From NCBI RefSeq assembly GCF_039654945.1, contig NW_027361731.1, positions 22,134,001-22,198,000 of the forward strand: DNA of 64,000 nt. Reading direction: 5' to 3'. How positions within the stretch are numbered: position 1 is the stretch's first letter; each line of letters starts with the position of its first letter. Positions 25,413-36,480 of the stretch are shown here, piece after piece. This DNA is from Dendrobates tinctorius (Eukaryota). The translations under genes were made by a program, and so were the position numbers. The notes under the pieces are model-generated. The model saw nothing but the letters and a program-made list of their open reading frames with translations, ran no database searches and was not told the DNA's origin.

Positions 25413-28102
25413 TGTTACGGCGGCGGAACACGCTTAAAAAATATAAATAAACGTGTTCGCCGTCCGGGGTCCACCGTGCGGCAGGTGTAATAACCGCTGC
25501 TGAAAAGGCAGAGCACCAGGACGGTAATGTGCACAGGAAGAACTGAACCTGGTGCACAAAAGCAAACTCTGTTAAAACTCACAGAGCTGTACCCAAAACA
25601 CAAATTCAAAAAACGCTGTGTCTGTATTAGCCTCACAGACACTCAGCAGCACACGTGCCGTAGCCAAAGCCGGAGTAGTTAAGAACAGCACTACACCCGA
25701 ATGGACTTACCGTAGGTAGGCGTGTGCACGGCGTCGCAACTGCGAACGCCAAAAGCGGGCTGCAAGCGCGATATAGCAGACGCGAAGCAGGACGCTGGCT
25801 GCTGCAACTGGCGGAGTGGCCATGCGCACTTTTTATAGCGTACGGGACCTGCTGGAAATCTCCAGAGTCCCGAACGTAACCAATCAAATCAGGAGCAGGA
25901 CCTGAGCACCTGACTCCTGAACTCCAGTGAAAGCTAGTCCCGTGAGCATGCTCAGAAGCAGGGAAAAAGGACTTAGCCTCTGGAGACAAATGTGAGAATC
26001 TGGGTTGCTGCATAAGCATAGAATGGCCCAGATTCCTAACATTACCCCCCCCTAGGGCCCCCCCTCCCTGAACCCTCCGATCCACCAGCCTGTGTCCGAC
26101 AGCAGCACAGGTCTCAGACTCGTTAAAAGGCGAGCCTGGTCTCCCAGTAGGTGAAACCAAAAACCGGGAGATGCGGACGGTATCGGGGGAGACAAGATCA
26201 CCAGGTCTCAGGAGAGACACCCGGGACACAATGGGAGTTTTAGGAGAAGGCCGCCGTGTATCGGCGGGTGTAGCCACTCTCCATTCGGGAAGACTATCCC
26301 GAGCACATAGGGTGCATGCCCGAATAAATTTTTTTATATCCAGAGCCCTGTGCGGCCACCAATACGAACCGGCCAGTGACTTCGTGGTCTGCATATAGCC
26401 ACGATGGCCGTCCGCATTGGGCGCGTGTGCCCACGCGAGAACTTTAGGCCGCTCGCGAGGAGGGACAAAAGTCTCGCCTACCGATTCGCAATCAGACCAT
26501 TGCGAGGCGCTGTCTTCCTGAGAAGCAGCAGGCAGATGGTGACAACCGCATATGGTCTCCTGCGCCGGACATGTCTCCGAAATGGCGCGAGACACCTCCA
26601 TGGGCTCAGGGGGTAGAACCTCTGGCTCGAGCTGATCCAAAGGCTCAAAAAATTTGGGAGCCGGAGTACCTCTACGCTTGGTGTGAGCACGCTCCAAACC
26701 ACGCTCCGAAAAACAGAGGTCGATACGGGAGGAGATGGAGATTAGCTCCTCCAGAGTGGTGGGGATCTCCCTAGTGGAGAGAGCATCCTTTACGTGCTCA
26801 GCTAGTCCTCTCCAAAAAACTGGGATAAGTGCCTTGTCAGACCACTCTAACGCAGACGCCGGTGTCCGAAAACGGACAGCGTATTGACTTACTGAGAGTG
26901 ATCCTTGAGACAAGGCCAGCAATTGGAGTGAGGTATCGTGTGTAACCCGTGGACCGAGAAACACCTGCTTAATAGCAGTAAGGTGATTAGCTGCGGTCCG
27001 AACATCCAGGTCATCACGCTCCCAAAGTGGCGTTGCCCATTCCAGCGCCTTGCCCGACAATAGGGAAATAATAAAGGCCACCTTGGCCCGTTCTGTTGGG
27101 AATTGCGCAGCCAGCAGCTCCAGATGGATTGAGCACTGGCTGATAAAACCCCTACAGGAGGCGCCATCCCCAGAATATTTCTCAGGTAACGGGAGGCGGG
27201 TAACTGTCGGCGCAAGGGCGGACATGGACATCCGACCCACTGCGTCCGTAAGTGCCTGGACAGCAGCATCCGTGGCCTGCGAAGCTGCGAGGGCCTTCTC
27301 AAGGGTAGTCAAGCGAGCCTCGAGCTGTCGTATGCATTGCACGAGTTGCTGCTGTTCTGCCATTTAGCCAGACGCTGGTGCTAGTATTATGTTACTGCGG
27401 CGGAACACGCTTAAAAAAGTATAAATAAATGTGTTCGCCGCCCGGGGTCCACCGTGCGGCAGGTGTAATAACCGCTGCTGAAAAGGCAGAGCACCAGGAC
27501 GGTAATGTGCACAGGAAGAACTGAACCTGGTGCACAAAAGCAAACTCTGTTAAAACTCACAAAGCCAAAGCCGGAGTAGTTAAGAACAGCACTACACCTG
27601 AATGGACTTACCGTAGGTAGGCGTGTGCACGGCGTCGCAACTGCGAACGCCAAAAGCGGGCTGCAAGCGCGATAAGGCAGGCGCGAAGCAGGACGCTGGC
27701 TGCTGCAACTGGCGAAGCTTGAGCGCGCTGGCGCTAGCGCGCACACTGGCTGTATCCCAATCACTCACACATTCGTATTATCAGAGGGAAGGGGTTTCAT
27801 AATAAGTCATTCACCAGTCCAAGCATCCATCACCAAACACACAGCAGCAAGTATGGAAAATACTAGCGCATGGCATAGCGGCCTTGGCACTTTTTATAGC
27901 GTACGGGACCTGCCGGAAATCTCCAGAGTCCCGAACGTAACCAATCAAATCAGGAGCAGGACCTGAGCACCTGACTCCTGAACTCCAGTGAGAGCTAGTC
28001 CCGTGAGCATGCTCAAAAGCAGGGAAAAAGGACTTAGCCTCTGGAGACAAATGTGAGGATCTGGGTTGCTACATAAGCATAGAATGACCCAGATTCCTAA
28101 CA
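25413..28102 (-). mobile_element. Non-autonomous LTR mini-element 1 (Gag plus integrase HHCC only), nested in the chromovirus integrase
   Basis: TSD GATGT (25408-25412, 28103-28107). LTRs 25413-26041 and 27390-28102, both TG..CA. PPT next to 26041. Interior 1348 bp. Confidence 0.92.
25633..27363 (-). CDS. Gag-HHCC fusion ORF of mini-element 1 (576 aa, uninterrupted, reads into the 3' LTR)
   Basis: Sushi/PEG10-like capsid region (LPEKYSGD..CRGFISQC..AKVAFIISLLSGKALEWA), then WAH..GH.G..YWWP..CTLCAR. No protease, RT, RNase H or DDE core. Confidence 0.85.
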   Translation of the reverse strand: MAEQQQLVQCIRQLEARLTTLEKALAASQATDAAVQALTDAVGRMSMSALAPTVTRLPLPEKYSGDGASCRGFISQCSIHLELLAAQFPTERAKVAFIISLLSGKALEWATPLWERDDLDVRTAANHLTAIKQVFLGPRVTHDTSLQLLALSQGSLSVSQYAVRFRTPASALEWSDKALIPVFWRGLAEHVKDALSTREIPTTLEELISISSRIDLCFSERGLERAHTKRRGTPAPKFFEPLDQLEPEVLPPEPMEVSRAISETCPAQETICGCHHLPAASQEDSASQWSDCESVGETFVPPRERPKVLAWAHAPNADGHRGYMQTTKSLAGSYWWPHRALDIKKFIRACTLCARDSLPEWRVATPADTRRPSPKTPIVSRVSLLRPGDLVSPDTVRISRFLVSPTGRPGSPFNESETCAAVGHRLVDRRVQGGGALGGGNVRNLGHSMLMQQPRFSHLSPEAKSFFPASEHAHGTSFHWSSGVRCSGPAPDLIGYVRDSGDFQQVPYAIKSAHGHSASCSSQRPASRLLYRACSPLLAFAVATPCTRLPTVSPFGCSAVLNYSGFGYGTCAAECL

Positions 28103-28602
28103 GATGTCTCCTATAAACTGCGGCTCCCCGCCTCTCTTCGCATCCCTAATTCATTCCATGTGTCCCTTCTAAAACCGGTCATCCTCAATTGCTTCCATGC
28201 CTCTGCTACCCAGTCGCCTCCGCCTGTGTCCGCTGATGATGAGTTCGAGATTAAAGACATTCTTGCTATGAAAAAGCAACGAGGGAGGATCTTTTTTCGG
28301 GTCGATTGGAAGGGCTTTCGTCCAGAGGAAAGATCCTGGGAGCCTCGGGAGAATATCCAGGCTCCTCGAATTTTGGCTAAGTTTTTCTCCAGTCTGCGGA
28401 GGGGGGCGCGTGAGGGGGGGGTACTGTCACACCGCGGCCGCAGGTCCCGCCGCGGCCCCCACTGGTTCCGGCTCCCCTGCTGCTGCCATCCTGGTCCCTG
28501 GCGGCTTCCACGACGCAGTCTCGCCTGCCCCAGTCCTCACCGCGGCTCTCCCGTTACTCTTACCCTGCACTGGCTCCTGCCCGGTATCCTCTGCTCCAAA
28601 CA

Positions 28603-29329
28603 TCTGTGGAGCTCAGCCACAGTGATCTGTAAAGTGCTGCGGAATATGTTAGCGCTATATAAAATAAAGATTATTATTATTATTATTATTATTATCTTGG
28701 GGTTCTTCTTTACCTCTCTCACAAAGGTTCTTCTCCCACGATTTCTCAGTTTTGCTGGACGGCCAGGTCTAGAAAGACTTCTGATGGTCCCAAACTTCAT
28801 CCATTTAAGGATTATGAAGGCCATTGTGATCTTAGGAACCTTGAGTACTGTAGAAATTCTTTTTATAACCTTGGCCATATCTGTGCCTTGCCACAATTTT
28901 GTCTCTGAGCTCCTTGGCCAGTTCCTTTGACCTCCTGATTCTTATTTGGTCTTACAAGCACTGTGAGCTGTGAGGTCTTATATAGAGAGGTGTGTGTCTT
29001 TCCAAATGAAGTCCTATCAATTTAATTACACACAGCTGCACTCCAAAGAAGGAGTAGAACCATTTCAAGGAGGATCACAAGGAAATGGACAGCATGTGAC
29101 TTAAATATGAGTGTCCAAGCAAAGGGTCTGAATACTTATGACCATGTGATATTTCAGTTTTTCTCTTTTAATAAATTTGCCAAAATTTCTACATTTCTGT
29201 TTTTTGTCAGTTAAGATGGGGTGCAGAGTGTACATTAATGAGAAAATGTACTTTTTTGAATTTACCAAATGGCTGCAATGAAACAGAGTGAAAAATTCAA
29301 AGGGGTCTGAAAAATTTCTGTACCCACTG
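28603..29329 (-). mobile_element. Tc1/mariner fragment (duplicate of the 17980-19934 element)
   Basis: Transposase N-terminus KRISTVLKVP..IILKW.KFG..PGRPAKL..VREVKKNP..TVAEL. TIR ends at 29329 followed by TA. Confidence 0.85.
28629..28693 (+). mobile_element. 65-bp LINE/SINE 3' tail inserted in Tc1
   Basis: gtaaagtgctgcggaatatgttagcgctatataaaataaag plus (ATT)n, flanked by ATCT. Related tails lie on the minus strand at about 6003-6055 and about 53444-53493. Confidence 0.7.
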
Positions 29330-29868
29330 TAATGAGGCGGATGGAGTCACTGTGGATGCCATGTGGCTTCCTATGTCTATCTTTCTAGGCATGCATAAAA
29401 GCTCAGTCAACCACAGTTTTGTGCACCTCTGAAAAGAACATCTCCAAACTGAGTCTAGAGTAACTCTGCTGCCGCATTATAGTGAATAACTTGGAGGTCT
29501 CATCTGAATCCTGTCACTTAGATTTTTAGATGTAAACCCCAATGTAAGTGATCAGGGAAGAGCGTCGGCTCAAATGTTATGGAAAATGTTCCCTACAAAA
29601 GCTTTAAATCAATAAAAAAAAAAGCAAGTTGCCACTCGGGTCCATCAACTGTCAATGGAAATATAGGTGGCTTCCACGATACTGGTAGCACAAAGGCTCT
29701 GGAAAAGCCCTATGGCTCCTCACCTCCCAAAAGAAAAGCAAATTCTGCGCTCCCAAATCCAAATGTCCCCTCCTTTCTGATCACCACAGTGTGTCTAAAC
29801 CACATTTAGCGTCCACATGTTTGTCATTTCTGCAGCGATGACAGCCCACCTACTTTACAGTTGTGTGT

Positions 29869-31377
29869 TGTGAGTCAGTGACCAGTGTCACTGATAGGGG
29901 TCGTTGTGTATTCTCCCCAGGATGCGTATGGAGGCCATGAAAGTGCATTGCAGTCACAGGTGTAGCTGTGATTGTAATGCAGACTAAAAATAAGTGTTAG
30001 TCTTGGGGATGCTGGTGTCCAGGGTGTCACACCGCGGCCGCAGGTCCCGCCGCGGCCCCCACTGGTTCCGGCTCCCCTGCTGCTGCCATCCAGGTCCCTG
30101 GCGGCTTCCACACCGCAGTCTCGCCTGCCCCGGTCCTCACCACGGCTCTCCCGTTACTCTTACCCTACACTCGCTCCTGCCCGGTATCCTCTGCTCCAAA
30201 CAGTCGCGCGCCCCTGCCCGGCTTCCTGCTCCTCGACGGGCGCGCGTCCACACTGAAGTCTGGAGCGCGCGCACCCTCCATTCCCTTTGAGCGCACGCGC
30301 CCTCCTCAGCCTGCGCCAGCTAGGGTCGTGACCCGGAAGTCCTTGATCAGATGCCACCGTCTCTTCCTCCTGACGGTGCCTGGTGATCGCTTGAGCCCTG
30401 CTTGTGATCCTGGCCCCTTTGTCTCTGTGCGCACCCCTGCTCCCAACCTTTCCTCAGCAAATAGTGCCTCTTCGCTGTTTTCTTTCTTAGGATCCGGAGT
30501 TCCGAGGCTCTGTTCCGCCCCGTCCTGGTCTCCCAGCTGTGTATCCAGTCCGTGTCTGCTGCCTGTCGTTCCACCCGTGTCCCTGATCTGTCCGCCTGCC
30601 GTGTTCCTCTCCTAGGGCGATTACCTGCCGATCTCTCCTGTGTTCCGTCGGGTCTCCGAGGCCCTCTCCCTGGGTACCAGCTGCCGTGGTGATAGTTACC
30701 CGCAGGCCTGCCCCAAACACTCCCTGTATAGGGGGTGGTCCACCTGGTCAGCTCGCCCGTGGGAGGTTCGTTGCCACGGTCCAGCGGGTTCACTCCCGGA
30801 GTAATACCAAAGTCTCACACAGGGCAGAGTTGGGAAAACTTGCTCTGGGGTTTTTGTATTTTGAAACAGACTGCAGGATGGTAGTCTTGCAGTCCGTTTC
30901 ATTCCATGCCCAGGTTTTCTATGTGGCTGAAGACCACGGATCCCAGTTAAAATCCCTGCAGTATAGTGTTTGGGTGTGTCAGGGCCAGAGTCAGTTGGTG
31001 CTTGCTAGTGTACAGAACAGTCGGCTTTGCAGAGCTCTACCTGTGTGAAGCAACACAAGCCAAGGCAGCTGAATAGCCTGGCACCCACCACCTACACAGC
31101 AGTGCAGTCGTCCACGGCAATGGGTATCGGAGGTGAACTGTTTTGTGCCTGGTGGCGGACTAGCGTGTTTAATGGCTGCAAACTGGAGGGCATGGCTGCA
31201 GATTGCGATCCGGAGGATACTGGGTGCTATGTAGTGCTGTGAACTGGACATTAATGCTGTGCACTTGTGTGAATTGGACATTTTATGCTGTGAAGTAACA
31301 CATTAAAGAGACTTTTGTGTTGGAACTTTGCTGGGTCACTGCCTCAACACTGCGCAGCGTGCTTCCATGGCACTACA
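29869..31377. mobile_element. Solo LTR (TGTGAG..CTACA, TSD GTGT) hosting the chromovirus insertion; its left end is duplicated at 20474-20629
   Basis: GTGT at 29865-29868 and 31378-31381. Empty site gttgtGTGTctaca at about 62837. Confidence 0.75.
30025..30819 (+). mobile_element. Solo LTR of the chromovirus
   Basis: Near-identical to 20630-21437. TSD CAGGG at 30020-30024 and 30820-30824. Confidence 0.93.
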
Positions 31378-32009
31378 GTGTCTACAAAAGCATGTGGCAG
31401 GGCACTATCCCATACTGGTGAAAACAACGTACTGGGCACTACAACGTACGGGCACCACAATGGCAGTTTGCAATTTTCACTAAGCAACATCCACTTCTGT
31501 TTGTTTCTGGAAAATACCCATGGAGTCAAAATTGTCAATATACCTGTAGATACATTTCTGTAGGGGTATAATTTCCAAAATGGGATTACTTGAGGGGGAT
31601 TCTGCTCTTCTAGCACTTAGTGGCTCTGTGTATGGAGCCCGCAAACAATTCTTGAAAAACCTGCACTCCAGCAGGAAAATAGCGCTCCGTTATTCCGGAG
31701 TCTTGCCGTACGGCTACTAAAACAAAATTTTTGTGGTAAAAATTTAATTTTTTCTTCCCTGTCAAGTGGTATAAAATTTGTGACACACCTGTGGTGTCAA
31801 TATGATCATTGCACCCATATATTCATTGAAATGTGTGTCTTGTAAAATGGGGTCACTTATGGGCAGAGTGAGGGCTGTTAAGTCCGAGGCTGCAGATAAA
31901 TCCATAGTTAAACGTAATTTCTTAGTTTAACACAAGAGCATAGTTTGGTGTTTTCCTTACTAGCTTCAATTGTTTATTTTTTCTGCTTTTATCTGTACTG
32001 TTATCCCCA

Positions 32010-32670
32010 TTGGATATGTGCTCCATGGACAATGCCACTAGGTGTGCGTCTTGTGAGATGTATGCATGCCTTGAACAGCCGCTTGAGGGTGAATATGTCT
32101 GCACTCGATGCAAGCGAGTTACATGTTTGGAAGCCCAGGTAAAGGATCTAAATGTGCAGCTGGCAACACTCAGGAGCATTGCTAACCTGGAGAGGAGTTT
32201 AGAGCTCACCGAGCTTGTGCCGGCTGAGGCCAGTGATATGGAGGAGGGTGGAGGTGGGGAAGATCAGGAAAGAGTAGTAAGCAGCTGGGTAAATGTTACA
32301 AGAAGGGGTAGGGGGAAAAGTGCCAGGGAACCCAGTCCTGATCTGGCACAACCTAGTAAATATGCCTGTTTGGCTGATATTAGGAATGCAAGCCCAGGAC
32401 TGGGATCACTGCAGCAGGACATTGCTCCTATCAACCAGAAAAACGACTGCTGTAGGAAGGAGGGAAATAGGAGTGCAGCAAAGGCCAGGCAGATGTTGGT
32501 GGTAGGGGACTGACGAGGTCATCTGCCGCCAAGACCGTGAATGCCAAACCTGTTGGTTGTCTGCTGGGTGCTCGGGTTCAACATATTGCGGATTGGATAG
32601 ACAAATTGCTGGGTGGAGCTGGGGAAAACCCAGCGGTCATGGTCCATGAGACGTGGAAGGTCCTTAAGAA
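32010..32670 (+). pseudogene. CR1-type LINE ORF1 fragment (zinc finger/leucine zipper plus esterase)
   Basis: CxxC..CxxC, heptad leucines, then MLVVGD and CLLGARVQHIAD..AVMVH, resembling the SGNH esterase of CR1 ORF1p. Confidence 0.7.
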
Positions 32671-33025
32671 TGAACTTCATCTGGGACCCCATGCAGCTGA
32701 AAAATATTCTGTGTTAGGGAAAGCGGAACGCACTAAATATTAAATAATAGAAAGTGCGTACGCCGCCCGGGGTCCACCGTGCAGAGATGTTAAACTTCTG
32801 CTATGTAATGGCAGACGCACAATATGGCGTTATATCGCACGTGGGTTGAATGTCACCCGGTGTGTGCTGGCGAGCTCTGTTAAGTTCACAGAGGCGCCTA
32901 AGGCATAAACGTAAATGCTGAGCTTGTTGACCTCACAGATCTCAGCGGTGTGCACTCACTGTATATGGTCACAGGACTCAGGCCCAAGACACAGGGTCAG
33001 AGTCCGTCTAGACCTACCGTGCGTG

Positions 33026-34337
33026 TGTGATGCCCCTGAGGCTCAGTCGCCACAGAGGTACTGCACCTTCTCCTAAGGTGTGGTGCCCCACCATCCAGGT
33101 AAGTTGAAGGCTCCTGACCACGCTCCAACACTCGCACCCCACACAATAGAGTACTTCAGCAAAACCACATTGCGGCTCCTTGCTTAGAGGGAAGCAGAGC
33201 ACCTTTGGTGGTTCCCTGCTTGGAACACTAAACGTGCTGGGAGGTGGGTGGAGTTGAGATACACATAAAAGAGCGGGAAGGTTTTAGGATTGAGGTCAGT
33301 CAGACGGAGAGTCTGAGAGAGGAAGCCACTCAGAGAGGAGTGGGGATCCTTGGAAGAGGGATGGAGGAAGGAGTGCTGCAGCTGCCTCAGTGATCTGAGC
33401 CAGCTAGCATGGGAAAGGAAAGAAGGAGAAAGACATTGAACCGAAGCCTGAGCTTCCATAGAAGGGAAAGACAAGTACGGAACGTAGGAGTGAAAGGGAA
33501 CACAGAGGACGTGGGTTAGAGGAAGAACCCTGCCTAGAAGTTCCAAGCGCAAGGCCGGGGCCCGGTCCCCGAGGTTGTATGGACACTAATGGTTCTGCAG
33601 CAGACACCGGTGGAGTAGTGGGCTGTAAATGCACTACTCCCATCTAAGACTTGGGGGCACAACAGCAATTTGGATAGAGAGCCAGGACTCAGGAGTAGAG
33701 AGTCCCCGAAGCAGGCTACAGCTGTCTGCTGTACAAGTAGAGTTCTTGAGAACATCTGTCAGGAGGAACTTCAGTGTACCTCAGTACTAGGAGATCTTCA
33801 CACTTAAAGGCGCTATAGAGGAGACATTCAGAAAAGGCACATAAGTTGGCGGAGTGTTGGAAGGGAGCATTCCATCTTGCCTGGAGGTTGACTGAGTCCC
33901 TGACCCGGAGGACACGGCACAGAAGCGGGCACGACAGACTGTGAGTAAAGCTTTGGAACTACATGCCCTGGTGTCCTCCATTCCTTCCTGCGTCCATCCG
34001 CCTGGCACTGCTACATCCTCTGCGCCAAACACTACACCATCTAAGTGCCACTTCACCTATCCTGCCCCGGGACAACAGCTCTGCCTGTGGAGGGCTATAA
34101 TATCATTGCTGCACCACACCATCTGTCCCGGAGGATCTGTCTGCAGCGTCGGCTTAACACCTCCCTTGCCGAACACCACAGGTGGTGTCACGAACTATTC
34201 CATTAACTACATTCCACCATTCACATCTTCCTATTACTTGGGTGCCCAGGGCCACGGTCTGGGTCACCGCTGTTGTGACACATCCCACTGATACCGGCCC
34301 GGTACCGAGTACCCCACAGCCCTGGGAGGGCGACCCA
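33026..34337. mobile_element. Solo LTR X
   Basis: TGTGATGCCC..GGGCGACCCA termini with TSD CGTG. The host LTR sequence resumes afterwards. Confidence 0.7.
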
Positions 34338-35048
34338 CGTGCGGCGTCGCTACCACGGATGCCAACAAGTGCTGCTGACTGCAGCACAGCCACTGACACA
34401 TCCGCTGTATGACAATGCCCAAGAGGGGGCGCACTTGTAGGGAAGGTGGACTGACGGACGGACCTGTCTGCAGTGGGAAGGCAGGGGTGTGGAGTATTTT
34501 GGATGGACTGCTGTGGTGAAAGATGGGAAACAGCTGGAGATAAAGAGGAAGGATGTAGTAGGGGAGTTTGACCATTAGAGGGCAGTGGAGAGTGTGAGGA
34601 TGAGACTGAACAACTGCCATTGGCCGAAGAAACTGTCAAGTCATGGGGGGAAGGGTTACCAGAACGTGACGGAGATATGCTCAGCTACTTACCGGTAGCG
34701 GTGTTTTTCAGGAGCCCATGACAGCACCACGAGAGAGGGGATCCGCCCTTCAGGGACAGGAAACCTACAGACATAAAAAGGGCGCTTCAGTTGGATTACA
34801 GAGCATGAGAGGACCTCCCTGGTTAGTAGCAATTCATATACTGTATACACAGTCAAACTAAATATTCTTCACACCTGTGACTAACGTTTAACTGGAAGAA
34901 AAGGTGCTGATCCAGAACGTGAGAGCAGAGGGAGGGAATGTAAAGGTGCTGTCATGGGCTCCTGAAAAACATTGCTACCGGTAAGTAGCTGAGCATTTAT
35001 TCAGTCGCCATGACAACACCAAAAGAGATTTACAGAGATGAAGAGAAC

Positions 35049-36480
35049 TTAGGGAGGGATAACTGCCTCAAGCACCTTTCTCCCAAACGTGAGGTCGGCG
35101 GACCCGCTTAAATCCAATCTATAGTGGTTAAAAAACATGGATGGAGAGGACCACGTGGCTGCCTTACATATGTCCTCAATGGATACTTCCGATCTCTCTG
35201 CCCAGGATGTTGCCACGGACAGAGTAGAGTGCGCCCTTATGCCTTCCGGAATCTCCAGCCCACCTGCTGTATAAGAAAAAGAAATTACCTCCCTAATCCA
35301 CCTAGCTAGGGTGTTTTTGGACACTCTAAGTCCTTTTCTAGCTCCCTGAAAAGATACAAAAAGGGCATTGTCCCTTTTCCATGGTTCTGTGGCCGAAATG
35401 TAACTACGGAGGCACTTCCTTACATCTAGGGAATGGAGCTTCTGTTCAGTTGGGTTAGTGGGGTTCGGGCAGAAGGATGGGAGGACTATTTCTTGTAGTC
35501 TGTGGAACTTTGAGGCAACTTTGGGCAGATACGAGGGGTCTGGCTTTAAAGAGACCCTATCTTCTCCAAACTGGGTGTATGGAGGTATCCTAGAGAGGGC
35601 TTGTAGATCACTAACTCTCCTGGCTGATGTTAGGGCAACCAACAGGGCAGTCTTGAAGGAAAGGATATTTATGGAGACAGAATCAATAGGCTCAAAGGGG
35701 GGTTCTGTTAAAGCTGATAAAACTAAGTTGAGGTGCCATGGAACCAGCTTCTGTTTACTGATGGGTCTAGATCTCGCTGCTGCTTTAATGAATCTTGCCA
35801 CCCAGTAATTGTTTGCTAGGTTGCAGTTGTAAAAATGACCCTAGAGCCGAAACCTGGACTCTAAGCGTATTTGTGGCTAGACCCATCTCCAACCCCTTCT
35901 GAAGGAATTCCAGTATCTGGCCAATGTGGATTTTCTGACCAACCTCTGCCCCTGAGACTGATAAGAATCTTTTCCAGACTCTGGCGTAGATATTTGTCGT
36001 GGCGGCTTTCCTGCTTTTTAATTGGGTGTTGACTAGTCCCTGGGAAAACCCCCTCCCCCTTAGCAGCTCCCCCTCAAACTCCATGCCACTAGGTGTAAGT
36101 TGGAAACCCGAGGGTGACACACTGGACCCTGGGACAGAAGGTCCGGAAGCTCTGGGAGAATCCATGGCTGTGACGAAGACATCTTCCTCAGCCAAGGAAA
36201 CCATGGTCTCCTGGGCCAGAATGGGGCTACTAAGATAACGTGAACCCTGTCCTCCTGGATCTTCCTCAGTACCATCGGAATCATATTCAGTGGGGGGAAG
36301 GCATACGCCAGGTCGAAGTTCCAAGGGATCAGGAGAGCGTCCACTGCATACGGGTTCTCTCTGGGATCCAGAGAACAAAACATAGGGAGTTGTCTGTTCC
36401 TTCTGCTGGCGAACAAGTCTATTTCTGGGAGTCCCCACCTGCGTTTGATCTGTCCGAAGATGGGCCTCTTTAGTGCCCAC
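35049..36480 (-). pseudogene. DIRS tyrosine recombinase (frameshift near 35800)
   Basis: TSARRVSDLQAL, LDV, RAHSTL, ATWSS..FFNHY. Confidence 0.88.

Larger units (their letters stand above)
22460..28413 (+). pseudogene. Chromovirus pol (PR-RT-RH-IN-chromodomain), frameshifted and split by a nested element
   Basis: IDSGA protease, YLDD RT, DAS/YTDHKNL/ADALSR RNase H, HHCC and DDE integrase, GPF motif. Resumes after 28107 with FHVSLLKP and chromodomain EFEIKDIL..VDWKGF.PEERSWEP. Confidence 0.92.
20630..28602 (+). mobile_element. Ty3/gypsy chromovirus (Tf1/sushi group), decayed provirus with truncated 3' LTR
   Basis: 5' LTR TGTCACA..CTCACA 20630-21437. PPT gagggggggg at 28412-28421. 3' LTR starts at 28425 and breaks off at about 28602. 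Upstream CAGGG matches the TSD of the solo copy at 30025. Confidence 0.93.

Noticed and set aside
25633-27363. Domesticated PEG10/RTL-like host gene
   Set aside because: Flanked by two LTRs, a PPT and a TSD, nested in another retroelement, with a second copy elsewhere: it behaves as a mobile element.
34154-34639. Possible hAT transposase fragment
   Set aside because: Better explained as junctions of nested LTRs defined by CGTG and CACT duplications.
36060-36416. Horizontally acquired bacterial or phage adenine methyltransferase
   Set aside because: This domain is a standard C-terminal part of DIRS1 pol and sits in its expected position.
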